Shown: positions 60,385-64,000 of the stretch, in pieces
Layout: each line of letters opens with the position of its first letter
Position numbering within the stretch: position 1 is the stretch's first letter
Source: Candidatus Kapaibacterium sp.
Lineage (GTDB): Bacteria > Bacteroidota > Ignavibacteria > Kapaibacteriales > UBA2268
Assembly (NCBI GenBank): GCA_963665665.1
Contig: OY762428.1
Span: 2,336,001 to 2,400,000 of the forward strand
DNA: 64,000 bases
Reading direction: 5' to 3'
Program-made: the position numbers and the translations under genes
The notes under the pieces: model-generated
Seen by the model: only the letters and a program-made list of their open reading frames with translations
The model's database searches: none
Told to the model about the DNA's origin: nothing

Positions 60385-61647
60385 ATGGATAAATTAGTAA
60401 TTGAAGGCGGCCGAAGGCTCAGGGGCAGGATTAGCATTTCCGGTGCCAAGAACGGCTCCCTGGCTATGATGCCGGCCAGTATACTTGCGCCGGGTACATA
60501 TCATTTCAGCAATACTCCCAACCTGAGGGATATCTGGACTATGTCCCGTCTGCTTGGTTCAATGGGGATTTTCTGCGAACTAAACGGGAACGACCTTTTT
60601 ATAGATTCACATAATATAACAAGCTATGAAGCTCCATACGAGCATGTTAAGAAAATGAGAGCTTCTTTCTATGTTCTGGGGCCTTTGCTGGCACGGTTTG
60701 GCGAGGCAAAGGTATCGCTTCCGGGAGGATGTGCCTGGGGGCCTCGTCCTGTTGACCTTCATCTGAAAGGGATGGAAAAGCTTGGCGCTGAAATTTCTCT
60801 TGAAAAAGGTTATGTTGTGGCCAGGGCTAAAAAGCTGATTGGAAACAAATTTCACATGGATATTTCCAGTGTGGGCGCCACAGGTAATATACTTATGGCA
60901 GCTACTCTTGCTAAGGGTAGCACAAGGATTAGCAATGCAGCGCTTGAACCGGAAATTACTTCACTGGCAAGAATGCTTCAGAAAATGGGCGCAAAGATTG
61001 ACGGAATCGGAACAAGCGAACTTGAAATTGAAGGCGTTGACGAACTTCACCCGGTGGATTTCGATACTATCCCGGACAGGATTGAAGCAGCTACCTACCT
61101 GATTGCCACTGCAATGACAAAAGGAAGAATCGAACTGGATAACTGCAATCCCTACCACATGTCCGTGATTATCGACAAACTTGAGGAAACAGGCTGCAAA
61201 ATGGATATCAACGGCGACAGGATTTTTCTGGAAATGGATGATTCGCCTAAACCACTTGATATTAAAACAGCTGTTTATCCCGGTATCCCTACCGATATTC
61301 AGGCACAATGGACTTCATACATGATGATGGCCGAAGGAACTTCAAAAATTACGGACAATATATATATTGACAGGTTCAAGCATGTTCCGGAACTTCAGCG
61401 CCTCGGGGCAAACATTGAAGTTGTAGACAATACTGCCATCGTTACCGGCGGAACAAATCTGGAAGGGGCCACTGTAATGAGCTCAGACCTCCGCGCCAGC
61501 GCATCATTGATCCTTGCCGCACTCGTGGCCGAGGGCAGTACGGAAGTTCTCAGGGTTTACCATCTGGACAGAGGCTACGAGGACGTGGTGAATAAATTCA
61601 ATACTCTCGGCGCTTCTATTAAAAGAGTAAAAACCGATTTAATATAA
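60385..61647 (+). CDS. murA: UDP-N-acetylglucosamine 1-carboxyvinyltransferase
   Basis: SGAKN, KMRASF, LPGGCAWGPRPVDLH, DLRASA, HLDRGY. Confidence 0.97.
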   Translation: MDKLVIEGGRRLRGRISISGAKNGSLAMMPASILAPGTYHFSNTPNLRDIWTMSRLLGSMGIFCELNGNDLFIDSHNITSYEAPYEHVKKMRASFYVLGPLLARFGEAKVSLPGGCAWGPRPVDLHLKGMEKLGAEISLEKGYVVARAKKLIGNKFHMDISSVGATGNILMAATLAKGSTRISNAALEPEITSLARMLQKMGAKIDGIGTSELEIEGVDELHPVDFDTIPDRIEAATYLIATAMTKGRIELDNCNPYHMSVIIDKLEETGCKMDINGDRIFLEMDDSPKPLDIKTAVYPGIPTDIQAQWTSYMMMAEGTSKITDNIYIDRFKHVPELQRLGANIEVVDNTAIVTGGTNLEGATVMSSDLRASASLILAALVAEGSTEVLRVYHLDRGYEDVVNKFNTLGASIKRVKTDLI

Positions 61648-61691
61648 TTGGATAATATAAATTATTATCAACACGGGTGTCTCCTTCGGAA

Positions 61692-62864
61692 ATGGTTCGA
61701 AAAGGATTAATATATCTAAAGAAATTTTCCACGCTACTGATATTATTGGTAGTATCCTGCAATATTCTCCATTCAGAACCCGATAACCTGAAGGGCAGGA
61801 AGAATGAGCTGAACAAACTCAACCGCTCGATAAACGAAACCCGGAATAAAATTAAAAATATATCCAAAAGGGAAAAGAATACCCTGAAGACCCTTGATAC
61901 ATACCAGAAGCATATCAGTAATGTGAAAAGATATATCAACCTGCTTGATTCTGAATTAAATGCTCTACAGGATTCTATCTCTTATCTTGTGGGTTTGATG
62001 AGGATAGCCGGGGAAAACCGGGAAGGTATCAGGGAGGATTTCACAAAACTGGCTTCCATGATTTATCTTAACGGGGAATCCTCGCCGGAGGAACTGATTT
62101 ACCTGAAAAGATCGCCGGAAAAGGAAATCCGGAATAAATATTTTATTAAGCTGCTGGCAGAAAACAGTACAAGGAAAATTTCGGATATCTCCATGTTCAT
62201 GGATACAACCCAAAGCTTAGTGAAGGAACTTTATGATAAATCGATGAGAAGCGAGGAACTTCGCAAAACAAAACAGGGCGAGCAGAATAAGCTGAACAGG
62301 ACACTTGGAGCAAAGAAGAAATTACTAAACAGGTTAAAACAGGACAAAACCTACCTGACAAAAAAATTGAGGCAGAAGGAAGCAAGCGCTAAAAAACTGA
62401 CGAATATTATTGCCGAACTTGCCCGAAAAAGCAGCAGTGGGAGTACAGCAAAAAAATATCCCCCCCCGAAGAAACTTTCCATTGGTTATCTTTCATGGCC
62501 GGTGAAAGGCAGAAAAGTATTGAGGAATTTTGGTAAAATTAAAAATAAGAATACTAACACGATATTCGATAACCCCGGGATTGATATTTCCGCAAAAAAC
62601 GGCTCGGCGGTAACTGCCGCGGCCGACGGGAAAGTTTCGCTTATCCACTGGCTTCCGGGCTACGGCTCGCTTGTTATTGTTGATCACGGAAAGGATATAC
62701 GGACCGTTTATGCAAATCTTTCATCTATCAATGTAAAGAAGGGGCAGAAAGTAAGCCGCGGTACTGTAATTGGTAAATCAGGAGAGTCGGTGGATGGCGC
62801 CTTTGTTCATTTTGAAGTATGGAAGGGCGGCACAAAGCTGAACCCGAGGAAATATATGAAATAA
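61692..62864 (+). CDS. EnvC-like coiled-coil M23 murein hydrolase activator
   Basis: Long coiled coil; NPGIDI, TVYANL, HFEVW (degenerate LytM metal ligands). Confidence 0.88.
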   Translation: MVRKGLIYLKKFSTLLILLVVSCNILHSEPDNLKGRKNELNKLNRSINETRNKIKNISKREKNTLKTLDTYQKHISNVKRYINLLDSELNALQDSISYLVGLMRIAGENREGIREDFTKLASMIYLNGESSPEELIYLKRSPEKEIRNKYFIKLLAENSTRKISDISMFMDTTQSLVKELYDKSMRSEELRKTKQGEQNKLNRTLGAKKKLLNRLKQDKTYLTKKLRQKEASAKKLTNIIAELARKSSSGSTAKKYPPPKKLSIGYLSWPVKGRKVLRNFGKIKNKNTNTIFDNPGIDISAKNGSAVTAAADGKVSLIHWLPGYGSLVIVDHGKDIRTVYANLSSINVKKGQKVSRGTVIGKSGESVDGAFVHFEVWKGGTKLNPRKYMK

Positions 62865-62883
62865 GCTAATTACATTTCTGATC

Positions 62884-63153
62884 TTATGCTGCCCCGATAC
62901 CAGAATAGCAGGATGGGCCCTCCGGGCCTGGAGCGGGATTTCCCACATTTCCCCCGGCAAGGCAATCAGGATAGTAAGGATTACTGTCTCCTGATCCATG
63001 AAAACAATTCGGATCATCTGCATCCCACACACCTGAAGTTCCGATTATACAACTTACTGCACCTGCTATACCGCCGGATGCTGCTGAACCATTTCCACAT
63101 AATAAACTGTTATCTGTGCTAATCATGATTGTTTTTAATTTTTGATACTTCAT
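62884..63153 (-). CDS. Putative RiPP precursor with five CxxG motifs (ScmA-like)
   Basis: Leader MKYQKLKT then a Gly/Ser/Ala/Pro-rich core with CGNG, CIIG, CFHG, CLAG, CYSG. Confidence 0.65.
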   Translation of the reverse strand: MKYQKLKTIMISTDNSLLCGNGSAASGGIAGAVSCIIGTSGVWDADDPNCFHGSGDSNPYYPDCLAGGNVGNPAPGPEGPSCYSGIGAA

Positions 63154-63368
63154 ACTGTTTATTTCTGAATTAATAAAGAAGTGAAACACATCACAATTTC
63201 CTTATAAATATAAGGAATAATTAAATAGTTGATAAGTTTGGCAATAATTACTCCGTTTATTTTAATATTGAATTTTCTGGTTCAAAACAACATATTTCAG
63301 ATCACTTCCAACAGACACAAATTGAAGCTTTTCCGAAAGCAGATGGCTTTTCAATAAATTTCCGGCCC

Positions 63369-63906
63369 GGAAAAGCAATATCATGCTGTGTATCATGTTT
63401 CCTCCGCTGCTGCACTGGCTTATTGCTCTCCGTTAAATAGAATAACAGCGCTGAAATTACTTTGGCGTATCCGATAGGAACGAAAATTAGTCAAAAACAA
63501 TGGTATATATTAATCAAAAAATAATATTAATAATACAAATTATAATATTTTATTTCTATCCTTATATATTTTAGATATTTATAATAAAATATATAATTTA
63601 TTCAACCATTGATATAGTATAACTAACAAAACTTTTTACATATATTATAAAATAATTAATGTATATAATTATTTTAATATTATATCAAATAATATTATTG
63701 AAATATCCTATTAAATAAATGATTTATATAATAATTTATATAGTATATCTTTTTTATTAGGCGGATTAAATATTTCATAATTTATATCATTAATATTATT
63801 AGCCAGGCATTGAATTTAATAATTCATGTAATTTATTTTATAAAATGATAAGAATAAATAATTTGATGGATCAATAATAGTTTAAATCATAATATTAATA
63901 TGCTTA
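63369..63906. repeat. AT-rich non-coding element, copy B (homologous to 22213-22750)
   Basis: Shared anchors GGAAAAGCAATA, CAGCGCTnAAATTACTTTGGC and TTGATATAGTnTAnCTAACAAAACTTTT at a constant offset. Confidence 0.85.
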
Positions 63907-64000
63907 TCCGGTCCAATATTTTTATAAAATATCTTGATTATTTAATAATAATAACTTAAAAATTTATAGGGTATTATAATGTTTTAATCAGATTAATCGG

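Overview
Chromosomal window from an FCB-group bacterium. Bacteroidota-type TAnnTTTG promoter elements, many T9SS C-terminal sorting domains (CTDs) and clear SD sites suggest Kapabacteria/Ignavibacteria-like (inference). Housekeeping genes (cobA-hemD, pyrE, truA, murA, envC-like, an ABC-2 transporter, fprA) are interleaved with nine large predicted T9SS cargo genes that cover roughly half the window. There is one intact ISL3/ISAon1-type IS and several REP/MITE mosaics. The most unusual signals are: (1) a ~540-bp, very AT-rich non-coding element present twice, 41,156 bp apart, colinear without gaps at about two-thirds identity; (2) a 2156-aa secreted protein with five tandem papain-fold (C39-like) domains, the last catalytically dead; (3) an orphan CxxG-repeat peptide resembling radical-SAM RiPP precursors (ScmA-like) next to one copy of the AT-rich element; (4) an unannotated 35-aa Cys4/poly-Lys microprotein next to the other copy; (5) signs of cassette-like turnover of T9SS genes (135-bp CTD direct repeat, GC shifts, covarying REP hairpins bracketing genes). 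No rRNA, tRNA or CRISPR array was seen.
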